DNA of 64,000 nt. Source: Eledone cirrhosa (Eukaryota). Location: the NCBI GenBank assembly GCA_964016885.1, contig OZ024740.1:68510001-68574000 (forward strand), written 5' to 3'. The translations under genes were made by a program, and so were the position numbers. The notes beneath the pieces were generated by a model. That model was not told where the DNA came from. It searched no databases and saw only the letters and a list, made by a program, of their open reading frames with translations. Position 1 is the first letter of the stretch. Each line of letters starts with the position of its first letter. This document shows, piece by piece, positions 26,161-39,522 of this stretch.

Positions 26161-29100
26161 GCGAGTAAACAAAGCAAAACGACGTGGATATATTAAAATA
26201 TATTAAAATGAGTTCATACATTTTCCTAGAAAACTGAATTTACGTTTATATTTACGTCGACTAAAATATTCACTAGAATATTGATCTTCGGTCTGTTTTT
26301 AAACTTATATCACCTTTGGTCTTTCGCTTTCCTGATCTAGATTATAGATCAGTGCTTAGTTTCCAGGGTCGAAAGGGAGGAGTTCGACAAATTTGGGCCC
26401 CAAACTATATATGTATATTTGTATAACATATTAACACAAAACACACGATATTTATTTGAATTAAATACGGAGAAAGAGTGGGAATATGAAATATCGAATG
26501 GGAATAACTTTTTATAGATCAAGATATCTCTGAACAAAATTTTCTACCATCATTCTATCTCACCCTCACACACACACTCATATACACACATACAACCCCC
26601 CTCCATATATATATATAATGTTTTGGTGACTTTATATACTGCTTAGCTATACAGCTACACATATGTTTCACAGTTACCCGTAGGGGTGGAGATGACTCTG
26701 CATATAATAAGATAAAACTTAGAGGAACTTCGCTGAAATACGAGACTCGGTTAGAAAATGAAAACCAAAAATGTTGAAGGGCTGAGATCCAATGAATTTT
26801 ATTGCCTCTGTTATATAACTTCAAAAAGACAAAACAGAAATTTGATAGAAAATTGCTTTCTCTCCTAAAAATGTTCTGCATCTGGAAAGAAAACTATGTG
26901 AAAACTGTTGAAAGTTTTGGTGTGTTTGTTCTTACGTTACATGATTATGTTTGTTTAGTATATAGTACAACATAGGTATATGTATTTATTTTGCATGTGT
27001 GACTGTTTCGGTGCATTAGCATGTAATCGTCTCTGGGAATGTAAAATGTTTGTGTTTCATTTTTTATGTATTCTATCGTGCTCATAATTATTATTTGGTT
27101 TGTGTAGACGCGCATCAGAGGATGTTAAGTCTTTTATTTGTATTTAGGTGTTTTAACACTACATGATGGTGTTCAAATGGACAACAACATTGAAACTATG
27201 CGGTCGTAATTGCGTAAGAAATGTTTCGTCTGTTATATATATATTTTAGGAGTAGTAGTATTGGTGTAGCGTTTATATTTTTTCCGTGGGTTTTCTGTGT
27301 TAACGTGGAGACGTGTAAAACATGGGAATTTATTTTGTAAACTGTGGTGTTTGTTTGGGGTACGGTTTTCATTCAACCTCTAATTTCATGTATGTGTTTT
27401 CCGGGTATTGAATTTACGTTCTGTTAACATTATACGGGTGAACGTTGGAGCTGTGAATATACGGGAATGAACTTGTCTACACGTGGGTAACTTGTGACAA
27501 ATTTCAGTTGGTGAGGGAAAAGCTGTTTTGTACTTTTCTTATATTTGAAGAAGGAGACAGATGGTGAACATTTCCCGAATACGGCCAGAATTAAATATCT
27601 GGTGGATATTGGTGTGCATCTTCTTAGAGGAAAGCTATACAACCCTGGAGCGGAAACAGACACGGAGAGAGATCTGCTCTGTGGTCAGTGTGTAGGCACT
27701 AATAAACATCAAACAAGACGACATCTACAAGATCTTAGACCTTATTCTCCTTTCAGTAGGTGTGGACTTGCATGTTATATCTGATGACAGACGACCCCGT
27801 TTCCATCTACATGGCCAAAATAGACCTAAGCACAAGAGAGTAAATCACAAGGTACCCTTACTGCCAACAGCATGTAGCAACAATATGTGCCCCTAAACCA
27901 CAACAACAACAATAATGGCACCGACATGGCAGCAATATATCACTACATTTAATGTACACGTGGATTTTAGGAAGAAAATACGCATCCAATCTGCACTTTA
28001 CTTCATTCTGTCTATCTTTCGGTTATTCGAATCATCAACTCATCAATAAGTCATTAAAGTAAAGTACATCATAATAAATACTAGCTATTAATATTTCTCG
28101 CTGTTTCTATATTTGTATAGAGTAAAATCCCTTTTGTTGGGGCAGAAAACGTAGCAGTTACAATTTACCTCACTAAGTCACTTTTTATTTCATACTAGTT
28201 TATATTTCAAATATTTTTAAAGTAAATAAGTTTGTGAATAAGCGTCGAAATGGTTAACAAGCAGATTTATGCAATATACTTCATAGGGTAAATATTCGAA
28301 ATGTCATACGTGAATTTAAAGGTTGAAATACAATTTATATTTGGATAATGTGAATTGCTTCTTATGTATATACATACTTTTCTATATGGATAAAAATTAA
28401 TTGGAATATATCTACTACGCACACCTATCAACTAAGAAATCATAACTGACATGATATAACCTTAAACGCCAAACCAGAAAAAGCTATTCTCATAGAAAAC
28501 ATGAAAGAGAGGTTAGCTATAAACGAATCATTTCTTCAGTACTATACACGGTAATATACGTCATAAGACCTTTCTTAGAATGAAATAATGTTCGAGACAG
28601 CTGTACTATTCTATAATTTCGCCCTGAAATAGAGTGATTTTAAATTAAAAAACTATAATTTATTATCATTGTTAAGCAAAACAAACCACAACCCGAAAAA
28701 TACATAATTATGTTTTCTGTTTCCAATCACCTTTCAATATTTGAAAGGTAAGTATTTCATATGGTGAAATACTTACTTTTACTGACTATAAAATAACTGT
28801 CATCTTAACACAAGAACCATACACCATTTAAGAAGTAAACATACAGAGTTCTGCAAGCGTGACATCCAAATAAGAAATACACAAACATCTAGAAACTCAT
28901 AACAGCCGATAACAAACTTAACTGAAATATATAAAAATTCATGACATTTAAGTAGGAAATTCTTTACAAAAGATAATTTTTAGAATGCTATGACATATAT
29001 GGAAACTAAAGGAGTTAAATATAAACATAAATATAATCTATCCAATTATAGAAATAGTAAATAAATAATTGCAAAAATCTCGTAAACTCACCTGTAAAGA

Positions 29101-29893
29101 GGACATAGTTAAACCTCGGGTTTTGACCAACAATCTAATTTTACATAAGCATTGTGAATGATCAGCCTATTATTATTTCTTGTCCTAACTTTTATTTCTG
29201 TTCTAAGCGATAAATATGTAAATATACAACCAAAACTTTTGCAGCTATATGCAGAGGACTCTCTGCAATATATTTTGAATTATTGCCTGAATGAAATCCT
29301 AGATTTGTCGGAATACATAGAGAAGTATTTTCGGTTCGATAAAATTCATTACAGGTTTTTATGATATTTCCTATATGTTTTCTCTGAACTTTAATGAGAT
29401 TTATAAGAACCTGAAGATAACTGGGGCCTAGCGATGATTGACACTGTTGACTGTAGGCATGTAGAAAATAAAATTGCATATTGACACAAAATTCGATTAT
29501 GGAATATCATAAATGGAATTGCTTAACGTTACATTCAATAACGATTCAACCATGTATTGAATTGATTTACAGTCTCTTCCCAAATGATATATAAATGAGA
29601 GTAGCTGTGTAACAATTATTTCATTTGTTATTTTGCCTCTTGGTAGTGATGAGGCTCTTTATATTTTCTAGTATATTGTATGAGGAGTAGACATGTGCAG
29701 AACGAATACAATTGATAAGTATTGTGCAATTTGTCCAAGATAGCACTAGAAACTAGAGTAGTAAATACTGATTTAGAAATTTGAGGAGAGACCCTACAAA
29801 TGACATACGTGATATATATTAAAATCACAATATGTTGTAATAAATGAGTTTTTTAGTTCCACATACCGCTATGTCATATTTGCGAACACTTAC

Positions 29894-29936
<43 letters not shown>

Positions 29937-29974
29937 ATTAAATAAATGGAAAACTATATTTATAAAACCATATT

Positions 29975-30040
29975 TATTTCATTATATATATTTCGGGGAT
30001 ATCATATTAACAATATGCTATGCCTTCATCAGACAAAATA
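29975..30040 (-). ncRNA. Hammerhead ribozyme, inverted pLTR copy
   Basis: Reverse complement of the 39295 motif (tcatcag at 30026-30032). Confidence 0.8.
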
Positions 30041-30411
30041 CAATATAAACAGTTTTATAGATAAATATATTCGACATACCGTAATAAACATCAACTTCAT
30101 TTGAAGAGGTTCACTCTAGCAGTGAAAATACAGAGAGAAAGAAAGAGAGAGAGAAAAGAGGGAAATAGGAAAGAAAGAAAGACAGAACGAAGAAAAGGAA
30201 GAAAAAGAAGAAAAAGAAAAAGAAGAAATGCATGGGACAAAATAGAGAGATGGAAAAATAGATAAAGCGAAGAGCTTCATGTAAAGAGACAGAAAGATAT
30301 ATATATATATATAGAGAGAGAGAGGAAGTAGAGATAGATACATATATAAATATAGATATAGAAAAATTAGGTAGTGGGAGGTCATTTTGAGTAAGTGTAT
30401 CAATGATGCAT

Positions 30412-30446
<35 letters not shown>

Positions 30447-31726
30447 GCTCAAGTATTAATGTAAGGGAGATATATAGAGAGATATAGAGAGATATAGAGA
30501 GAGAAAAAATTTAAAAATAGCCAGACATATTCGAGGCGTAGAGAACCCTATGTTTTAATGTATTAGTATTTATAAAACTTACACTATATTGTAAATATCA
30601 GTATTCCTGAATGAAACAAGTATTCACAATGCGTGAAAATTCATTATCTTATGTTTAGTTTTTTAAAAAAATTCATATGTCTATGTGAATCCAACTGATT
30701 CACTCCGCAAATTCAAAGTTACCGGAAAACATTCTCAATGTGGTATAACAATTTGAGCGTATTATTATTCTTGCGATTACTCTACAAGATTATCTATCAA
30801 GCAGAAATAGAGAGCAGATTTCAATATACTAATCGAAAATATATATTATATTATAAGCAGAGATAACAATAATAATGATAATAAGTAAAAATATATAAAA
30901 ATATAAAAATATAAAAATATAAAAATATAGAATAGAAAACTAAAAGAGAATATTACGAAAGAATATTACATAATAAAAATATTGCATATTAAAAATACTA
31001 CGTATTAAAAATATTACGTATTAAAACTTTACATATAAAAATATTAAAAATAAAAAATAAAAAATAAAAATTTACATATAAAAATATTAAAAATATTAAA
31101 AATAAAAATAAAATAAAAATAAAATAAAGTAAAAAATAAAAATATTATAGAATACTACAATACTAAAAGAATAAGAATAAAAATAAAAATAAAAATAAAA
31201 ATAAAAATAAAAATAAAAATAAAAATAAAAATAAAAATAAAAATAAAAATAAAAATAAAAATAAAAATAAAAATAAATAAAAATGAAAATAAAAATAAAC
31301 CACAAAGAACAACCCTTCAAAGTTAATTGACAATATATTGCCAAGTTCACTACAAGACAAAGCCAAAAATTATCTATCAAATCACATCTAGCAAGGAATA
31401 TCGCAAAAAAAAAAAAAGATTATGATGTCCAATAATGTCTACATATGCTCCTATATTTAATATATAAGTTTATCAAGTGTAAGGTTAATTCAAAAAATTT
31501 GGAGCATCGGCTTTTAGGGTAGCTTAATTTTTCATGAGGAATGTTTAAATAAAAATAAAAATAAAAATAAAAATAAAAATAAAAAATAAAAATAAAAATA
31601 AAAATAAAAATAAAAATAAATAAAATAAAATAAACAATAAAAAGAGTAAAAAGAGGGAATCAAAGATTTAGGAATCAAAAGAATTATCGGCTAGTTCTCA
31701 TATAAATATAAATCATACTAAATATA

Positions 31727-32959
31727 CTACATTTTAAATTTAAATTTATATTTAAACGTTGAGTTTAATCTATGTTTGCAACAACTGAATAAATTTGTCC
31801 GTAGGTTAAGGGAATTTTTAGATTTTAGTATAAAGAATATCTCCTCTGCGCAGAGGTCACATGTCTCAGAGGATGAATTAAAAGGAATCCCTCTTGAGAC
31901 TATATTCCAAGCCGTCGAATATCTAACGTTATCTAGCTTAAGTTGCCAGAGTACACCTGATAGTGCCGTTGAAGATTTTTTATTTGGATCTGTGAAAGAA
32001 TTCTTGTGGTTATTATAGCGAAGTTTAAATTCCGTCGATGTGGAACCGACGTAGTTAAAAGAATTAGAGTCAGTATTAACATTACAATTGTATACTATAT
32101 TTTTAACTAAGCAGTTGTTATTTAACGGACATTTAGATCTATCTCTACAGTTACATTTGTTAACTTGTATATTATTTATGCTATTATCAGTAGGTTTTAA
32201 GTTCCTATTATTTATTCTATTAATATTTTGTGCTAAATTTTTGGTGGATGAGTAGGTTAATTTAATTGTATGCCTATTGAAGATTGAGTGGTACCTATGT
32301 GTTCTAGGGAAGCGATTATCAAGAGCTTTGAAAAATAATTTAGCGATGTGGGTTTTAATGTTTAGTGAGAAAGGGGGGGCAAACCAAATTATGTTCCTAG
32401 TTCTATTTCTTTTTTGTCCTTTGGAATTATTGTAATGCTTTCTATTATAGTTGTTAATGTTGTTGCCGTCATTAAAAAAGTTGTTACTTTGTTTAGTTTG
32501 TTTATCATTATCTATGTACACAATCTTATCAGCATACCCTGCCCTAGCTAGTGCATCATTATAGTATTGGGCCTTTTCGTAAAAAATCTTTCTATTCGAC
32601 GAGATCCTAGAGATACGTTTTTGGACTGAGTTTACTATAGTGTTTTTGACAGATCTGGGGTGGTTAGAGTTAAAGTTGACATAGTTTAAGTTTTCATTCA
32701 ACTTGTGAAAAGGATAGTGGAGACATGTGTTGAGATTTAATGTTATATCTAGGAAATTGACTATTCTATGGTTGTTCTCAATTTCTATTTTAAGGTTAAA
32801 GTAATTAAAAAATTTTGTAATTTGTTTACATTTTCTATTTAGTTCAGGGTTATTATTATTAATAAGTAAAAGCATGTCATCCCTATATAAACCTCCGGTA
32901 GTACCAGGTATTTTCCTATGTAGCGAATTGATTAAAAATAAGCCCACAAGGTCAGTTAC
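31727..32959 (-). pseudogene. Inverted 5'-truncated copy of the PLE ORF
   Basis: 406-aa match to the C-terminal part of 35421-37634 with two visible amino-acid differences (T/K, H/N). Confidence 0.92.
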
Positions 32960-34769
32960 AAAATATTAATAGAATAAATAATAGGAACTTAAAACCTACT
33001 GATAATAGCATAAATAATATACAAGTTAACAAATGTAACTGTAGAGATAGATCTAAATGTCCGTTAAATAACAACTGCTTAGTTAAAAATATAGTATACA
33101 ATTGTAATGTTAATACTGACTCTAATTCTTTTAACTACGTCGGTTCCACATCGACGGAATTTAAACTTCGCTATAATAACCACAAGAATTCTTTCACAGA
33201 TCCAAATAAAAAATCTTCAACGGCACTATCAGGTGTACTCTGGCAACTTAAGCTAGATAACGTTAGATATTCGACGGCTTGGAATATAGTCTCAAGAGGG
33301 ATTCCTTTTAATTCATCCTCTGAGACATGTGACCTCTGCGCAGAGGAGATATTCTTTATACTAAAATCTAAAAATTCCCTTAACCTACGGACAAATTTAT
33401 TCAGTTGTTGCAAACATAGATTAAACTCAACGTTTAAATATAAATTTAAATTTAAAATGTAGTATATTTAGTTTGATTTATATTTATATGAGAACTAGCC
33501 GATAATTCTTTTGATTCCTAAATCTTTGATTCCCTCTTTTTACTCTTTTTATTGTTTATTTTATTTTATTTATTTTTATTTTTATTTTTATTTTTATTTT
33601 TATTTTTATTTTTATTTTTATTTTTTATTTTTATTTTTATTTTTATTTTTATTTTTATTTTTATTTTTATTTTTTATTTTTATTTTTATTTTTATTTTTA
33701 TTTTTATTTTTATTTTTATCTAAACATTCCTCATGAAAAATTAAGCTACCCTAAAAGCCGATGCTCCAAATTTTTTGAATTAACCTTACACTTGATAAAC
33801 TTATATATTAAATATAGGAGCATATGTAGACATTATTGGACATCATAATCTTTTTTTGCGATATTCCTTGCTAGATGTGATTTGATAGATAATTTTTGGC
33901 TTTGTCTTGTAGTGAACTTGGCAATATATTGTCAATTAACTTTGAAGGGTTGTTCTTTGTGGTTTATTTTTATTTTCATTTTTATTTTTATTTTTATTTT
34001 TATTTTTATTTTTATTTTTATTTTTATTTTTATTTTTATTCTTATTCTTTTAGTATTGTAGTATTCTATAATATTTTTATTTTTTATTTTATTTTATTTT
34101 TATTTTATTTTTATTTTTAATATTTTTAATATTTTTATATGTAAATTTTTATTTTTTATTTTTTATTTTTAATATTTTTATATGTAAAGTTTTAATACGT
34201 AATATTTTTAATACGTAGTATTTTTAATATGCAATATTTTTATTATGTAATATTCTTTCGTAATATTCTCTTTTAGTTTTCTATTCTATATTTTTATATT
34301 TTTATATTTTTATATTTTTATATATTTTTACTTATTATCATTATTATTGTTATCTCTGCTTATAATATAATATATATTTTCGATTAGTATATTGAAATCT
34401 GCTCTCTATTTCTGCTTGATAGATAATCTTGTAGAGTAATCGCAATAATAATAATACGCTCAAATTTTTATACCACATTGAGAATGTTTTCCGGTAACTT
34501 TGAATTTGCGGAGTGAATCAGTTGGATTCACATAGACATATGAATTTTTTTTAAAAACTAAACATAAGATAATGAATTTTCACGCATTGTGAATACTTGT
34601 TTCATTCAGGAATACTGATATTTACAATATAGTGTAAGTTTTATAAATACTAATACATTAAAACATAGGGTTCTCTACGCCTCGAATATGTCTGGCTATT
34701 TTTAAATTTTTTCTCTCTCTATATCTCTCTATATCTCTCTATATATCTCCCTTACATTAATACTTGAGC

Positions 34770-34804
<35 letters not shown>

Positions 34805-35175
34805 ATGCATCATTGATACACTTACTCAAAATGACCTCCCACTACCTAATTTTTCTATATCTATATTTATATATGTATCTATCTCTACTTCCTCTCTCTC
34901 TCTATATATATATATATCTCTTTCTGTCTCTTTACATGAAGCTCTTCGCTTTATCTATTTTTCCATCTCTCTATTTTGTCCCATGCATTTCTTCTTTTTC
35001 TTTTTCTTCTTTTTCTTCCTTTTCTTCGTTCTGTCTTTCTTTCTTTCCTATTTCCCTCTTTTCTCTCTCTCTTTCTTTCTCTCTGTATTTTCACTGCTAG
35101 AGTGAACCTCTTCAAATGAAGTTGATGTTTATTACGGTATGTCGAATATATTTATCTATAAAACTGTTTATATTG

Positions 35176-35241
35176 TATTCTGTCTGATGAAGGCATAGCA
35201 TATTGTTAATATGATATCCCCGAAATATATATAATGAAATA
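35176..35241 (+). ncRNA. Type I minimal hammerhead ribozyme upstream of the PLE ORF
   Basis: Stem I / CUGAUGA (35184) / long stem II (CAUAUU-AAUAUG) / GAAA / palindromic UAUAUA / UA; predicted cut after 35233; one stem I mismatch in this copy. Confidence 0.8.
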
Positions 35242-35420
35242 AATATGGTTTTATAAATATAGTTTTCCATTTATTTAATATTGTAAATATACTCCAAGTA
35301 TTTGTCGAGTGCTTTTATATCAGTTATAAATATTTACTAGTTGTAACCCAACAATTTTAAATATAACTTTACATGTATCTTGCTCCAATACTGTTGAGCG
35401 CTTTATATTATAACTGAAAA

Positions 35421-37634
35421 ATGGAATTCTTTAAGATTACTTCCTCTCTAAAAGACATACCTCTACCTAGAAACAAAGACTTTGTAAAACAACTAACAGA
35501 TAAATCTGACTCTTTTATAAGGAGAATCAGGTGGCGTGCATTCCACTTTGATAAATTTAATGCAGACGAAAATATCTCGGACTTAAACAAAGTTTTCAAA
35601 TCTAAAAGAAATCCACCCCCTAACAAACTTTTATCTGACTTTGAAAACGATATAATTTCTATCATACAAGGGGTCAAATTCAAGAGAAACTTTAAAAGCC
35701 AGGAATATCTGAAAGGCATTAACGATAACATTGAGAGCTTAGAGAAAACTGAGAAGATCTTGGTGAAATCTGACAAGACCAACAATCTCTATGGAGTGCA
35801 GAAAGACATGTATAATGGCCTCATACTGAAAGAGCTGAGGAAAAAATACAAGGTAGCAGATAAGACCGAACTTGAGAAAATGAATGTTGAAGCATCTTGT
35901 ATAATGCATGAGTTAGAAATTGAGAACAGAACACAACCTTTCGTGCCCAGGAAACCGAAGATCAATATGAAGGACCACAAGAGGAATTTTGAGATTGACC
36001 TGTCAGTTAGATTGATCGCACCTTCAAAATCTGACCTGGGCAAATTAAGCAAAAACATTCTTGACAGGGTGATACTGCAAATTAAGAACTTGGATTATGT
36101 ATCTAACCTGAGCTTGTGGAAGGGAACTGGAGAGGTTGTTGAGTGGTTTAGGCAAATTAAATATGACAATAATAATAGGTTTATTCAACTTGATATAGCT
36201 AACTATTATTCTTCTATTACCCCTAGTCTACTAAATAAGGCACTAAATTACGCATTCAAACATACGGACCTAACTAGCAAAGAAATGCATATTATATTAT
36301 CGGCTAGGAAAACTTTGATAGAATTTGATGACAAATTATGGACCAGAGCAGATAGAGATAGCAATTTTGACATAACTATGGGATCTTCCGACTCAGCTCA
36401 GGTAACTGACCTTGTGGGCTTATTTTTAATCAATTCGCTACATAGGAAAATACCTGGTACTACCGGAGGTTTATATAGGGATGACATGCTTTTACTTATT
36501 AATAATAATAACCCTGAACTAAATAGAAAATGTAAACAAATTACAACATTTTTTAATTACTTTAACCTTAAAATAGAAATTGAGAACAACCATAGAATAG
36601 TCAATTTCCTAGATATAACATTAAATCTCAACACATGTCTCCACTATCCTTTTCACAAGTTGAATGAAAACTTAAACTATGTCAACTTTAACTCTAACCA
36701 CCCCAGATCTGTCAAAAACACTATAGTAAACTCAGTCCAAAAACGTATCTCTAGGATCTCGTCGAATAGAAAGATTTTTTACGAAAAGGCCCAATACTAT
36801 AATGATGCACTAGCTAGGGCAGGGTATGCTGATAAGATTGTGTACATAGATAATGATAAACAAACTAAACAAAGTAACAACTTTTTTAATGACGGCAACA
36901 ACATTAACAACTATAATAGAAAGCATTACAATAATTCCAAAGGACAAAAAAGAAATAGAACTAGGAACATAATTTGGTTTGCCCCCCCTTTCTCACTAAA
37001 CATTAAAACCCACATCGCTAAATTATTTTTCAAAGCTCTTGATAATCGCTTCCCTAGAACACATAGGTACCACTCAATCTTCAATAGGCATACAATTAAA
37101 TTAACCTACTCATCCACCAAAAATTTAGCACAAAATATTAATAGAATAAATAATAGGAACTTAAAACCTACTGATAATAGCATAAATAATATACAAGTTA
37201 ACAAATGTAACTGTAGAGATAGATCTAAATGTCCGTTAAATAACAACTGCTTAGTTAAAAATATAGTATACAATTGTAATGTTAATACTGACTCTAATTC
37301 TTTTAACTACGTCGGTTCCACATCGACGGAATTTAAACTTCGCTATAATAACCACAAGAATTCTTTCACAGATCCAAATAAAAAATCTTCAACGGCACTA
37401 TCAGGTGTACTCTGGCAACTTAAGCTAGATAACGTTAGATATTCGACGGCTTGGAATATAGTCTCAAGAGGGATTCCTTTTAATTCATCCTCTGAGACAT
37501 GTGACCTCTGCGCAGAGGAGATATTCTTTATACTAAAATCTAAAAATTCCCTTAACCTACGGACACATTTATTCAGTTGTTGCAAACATAGATTAAACTC
37601 AACGTTTAAATATAAATTTAAATTTAAAATGTAG
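35421..37634 (+). CDS. Intact PLE RT + GIY-YIG endonuclease (737 aa), Naiad-like
   Basis: N-terminal SLKDIPLP...RRIRWRA, KDHK, QLDIANYYSSI, ITMGS, GLYRDD, VNFLD, IIWFAPPF, CNC-x5-C-x5-C finger, VY..NYVGST..FKLRY, CDLC, KH. Confidence 0.95.
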   Translation: MEFFKITSSLKDIPLPRNKDFVKQLTDKSDSFIRRIRWRAFHFDKFNADENISDLNKVFKSKRNPPPNKLLSDFENDIISIIQGVKFKRNFKSQEYLKGINDNIESLEKTEKILVKSDKTNNLYGVQKDMYNGLILKELRKKYKVADKTELEKMNVEASCIMHELEIENRTQPFVPRKPKINMKDHKRNFEIDLSVRLIAPSKSDLGKLSKNILDRVILQIKNLDYVSNLSLWKGTGEVVEWFRQIKYDNNNRFIQLDIANYYSSITPSLLNKALNYAFKHTDLTSKEMHIILSARKTLIEFDDKLWTRADRDSNFDITMGSSDSAQVTDLVGLFLINSLHRKIPGTTGGLYRDDMLLLINNNNPELNRKCKQITTFFNYFNLKIEIENNHRIVNFLDITLNLNTCLHYPFHKLNENLNYVNFNSNHPRSVKNTIVNSVQKRISRISSNRKIFYEKAQYYNDALARAGYADKIVYIDNDKQTKQSNNFFNDGNNINNYNRKHYNNSKGQKRNRTRNIIWFAPPFSLNIKTHIAKLFFKALDNRFPRTHRYHSIFNRHTIKLTYSSTKNLAQNINRINNRNLKPTDNSINNIQVNKCNCRDRSKCPLNNNCLVKNIVYNCNVNTDSNSFNYVGSTSTEFKLRYNNHKNSFTDPNKKSSTALSGVLWQLKLDNVRYSTAWNIVSRGIPFNSSSETCDLCAEEIFFILKSKNSLNLRTHLFSCCKHRLNSTFKYKFKFKM

Positions 37635-38888
37635 TATATTTAGTTTGATTTATATTTATATGAGAACTAGCCGATAATTCTTTTGATTCCTAAATCTTTG
37701 ATTCCCTCTTTTTACTCTTTTTATTGTTTATTTTATTTTATTTATTTTTATTTTTATTTTTATTTTTATTTTTATTTTTATTTTTATTTTTATTTTTATT
37801 TTTTTTTTTTATTTTTATTTTTATTTTTATCTAAACATTCCTCATGAAAAATTAAGCTTCCCTAAAAGCCGATGCTCCAAATTTTTTGAATTAACCTTAC
37901 ACTTGATAAACTTATATATTAAATATAGGAGCATATGTAGACATTATTGGACATCATAATCTTTTTTTGCGATATTCCTTGCTAGATGTGATTTGATAGA
38001 TAATGTTTGGCTTTGTCTTGTAGTGAACTTGGCAATATATTGTCAATTAACTTTGAAGGGTTGTTCTTTGTGGTTTATTTTTATTTTCATTTTTATTTTT
38101 ATTTTTATTTTTATTTTTATTTTTATTTTTATTTTTATTTTTATTCTTATTATTTTAGTATTGTAGTATTCTATAATATTTTTATTTTTTATTTTATTTT
38201 ATTTTTATTTTATTTTTATTTTTAATATTTTTAATATTTTTATATGTAAATTTTTATTTTTTATTTTTTATTTTTTATTTTTTATTTTTAATATTTTTAT
38301 ATGTAAAGTTTTAATACGTAATATTTTTAATACGTAGTATTTTTAATATGCAATATTTTTATTATGTAATATTCTTTCGTAATATTCTCTTTTAGTTTTC
38401 TATTCTATATTTTTATATTTTTATATTTTTATATTTTTATATATTTTTACTTATTATCATTATTATTGTTATCTCTGCTTATAATATAATATATATTTTC
38501 GATTAGTATATTGAAATCTGCTCTCTATTTCTGCTTGATAGATAATCTTGTAGAGTAATCGCAAGAATAATAATACGCTCAAATTTTTATACCACATTGA
38601 GAATGTTTTCCGGTAACTTTGAATTTGCGGAGTGAATCAGTTGGATTCACATAGACATATGAATTTTTTTTTAAAACTAAACATAAGATAATGAATTTTC
38701 ACGCATTGTGAATACTTGTTTCATTCAGGAATACTGATATTTACAATATAGTGTAAGTTTTATAAATACTAATACATTAAAACATAGGGTTCTCTACGCC
38801 TCGAATATGTCTGGCTATTTTTAAATTTTTTCTCTCTATATATCTCTCTATATCTCTCTATATATCTCCCTTACATTAATACTTGAGC

Positions 38889-38923
<35 letters not shown>

Positions 38924-39294
38924 ATGCATCATTGATACACTTACTCAAAATGACCTCCCACTACCTAATTTTTCTATATCTATATTTATATATGTATCTA
39001 TCTCTACTTCCTCTCTCTCTCTATATATATATATATCTCTTTCTGTCTCTTTACATGAAGCTCTTCGCTTTATCTATTTTTCCATCTCTCTATTTTGTCC
39101 CATGCATTTCTTCTTTTTCTTTTTCTTCTTTTTCTTCCTTTTCTTCGTTCTGTCTTTCTTTCTTTCCTATTTCCCTCTTTTCTCTCTCTCTTTCTTTCTC
39201 TCTGTATTTTCACTGCTAGAGTGAACCTCTTCAAATGAAGTTGATGTTTATTACGGTATGTCGAATATATTTATCTATAAAACTGTTTATATTG

Positions 39295-39360
39295 TATTTT
39301 GTCTGATGAAGGCATAGCATATTGTTAATATGATATCCCCGAAATATATATAATGAAATA
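39295..39360 (+). ncRNA. Hammerhead ribozyme, 3' pLTR copy
   Basis: Same fold, CUGAUGA at 39303, stem I UAUUUUGU/AUGAAAUA, cut after 39352. Confidence 0.82.
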
Positions 39361-39488
39361 AATATGGTTTTATAAATATAGTTTTCCATTTATTTAATAT
39401 TGTAAATATACTCCAAGTATTTGTCGAGTGCTTTTATATCAGTTATAAATATTTACTAGTTGTAACCCAACAATTTTAAATATAACTT

Positions 39489-39522
<34 letters not shown>

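Larger units (their letters stand above)
29931..39493. mobile_element. Penelope-like element insertion: inverted 5'-truncated copy (29931-32959, -), partial tandem copy (32958-35420, +), and full ORF plus 3' UTR (35421-39493, +)
   Basis: Three near-identical copies of the 3' region; inversion junction at 32958-32959 (AC microhomology joining equivalents of 36402 and 37130); (TA)n on both flanks. Confidence 0.95.

Noticed and set aside
30600-30640. ctgaatgaaacaagtattc resembling a family A hammerhead
   Set aside because: No CUGANGA core or stem II; antisense to the PLE.
35421-37634. Selenoprotein-type Naiad (in-frame UGA plus SECIS)
   Set aside because: The ORF is fully open with Cys codons and needs no UGA read-through; no SECIS recognised.
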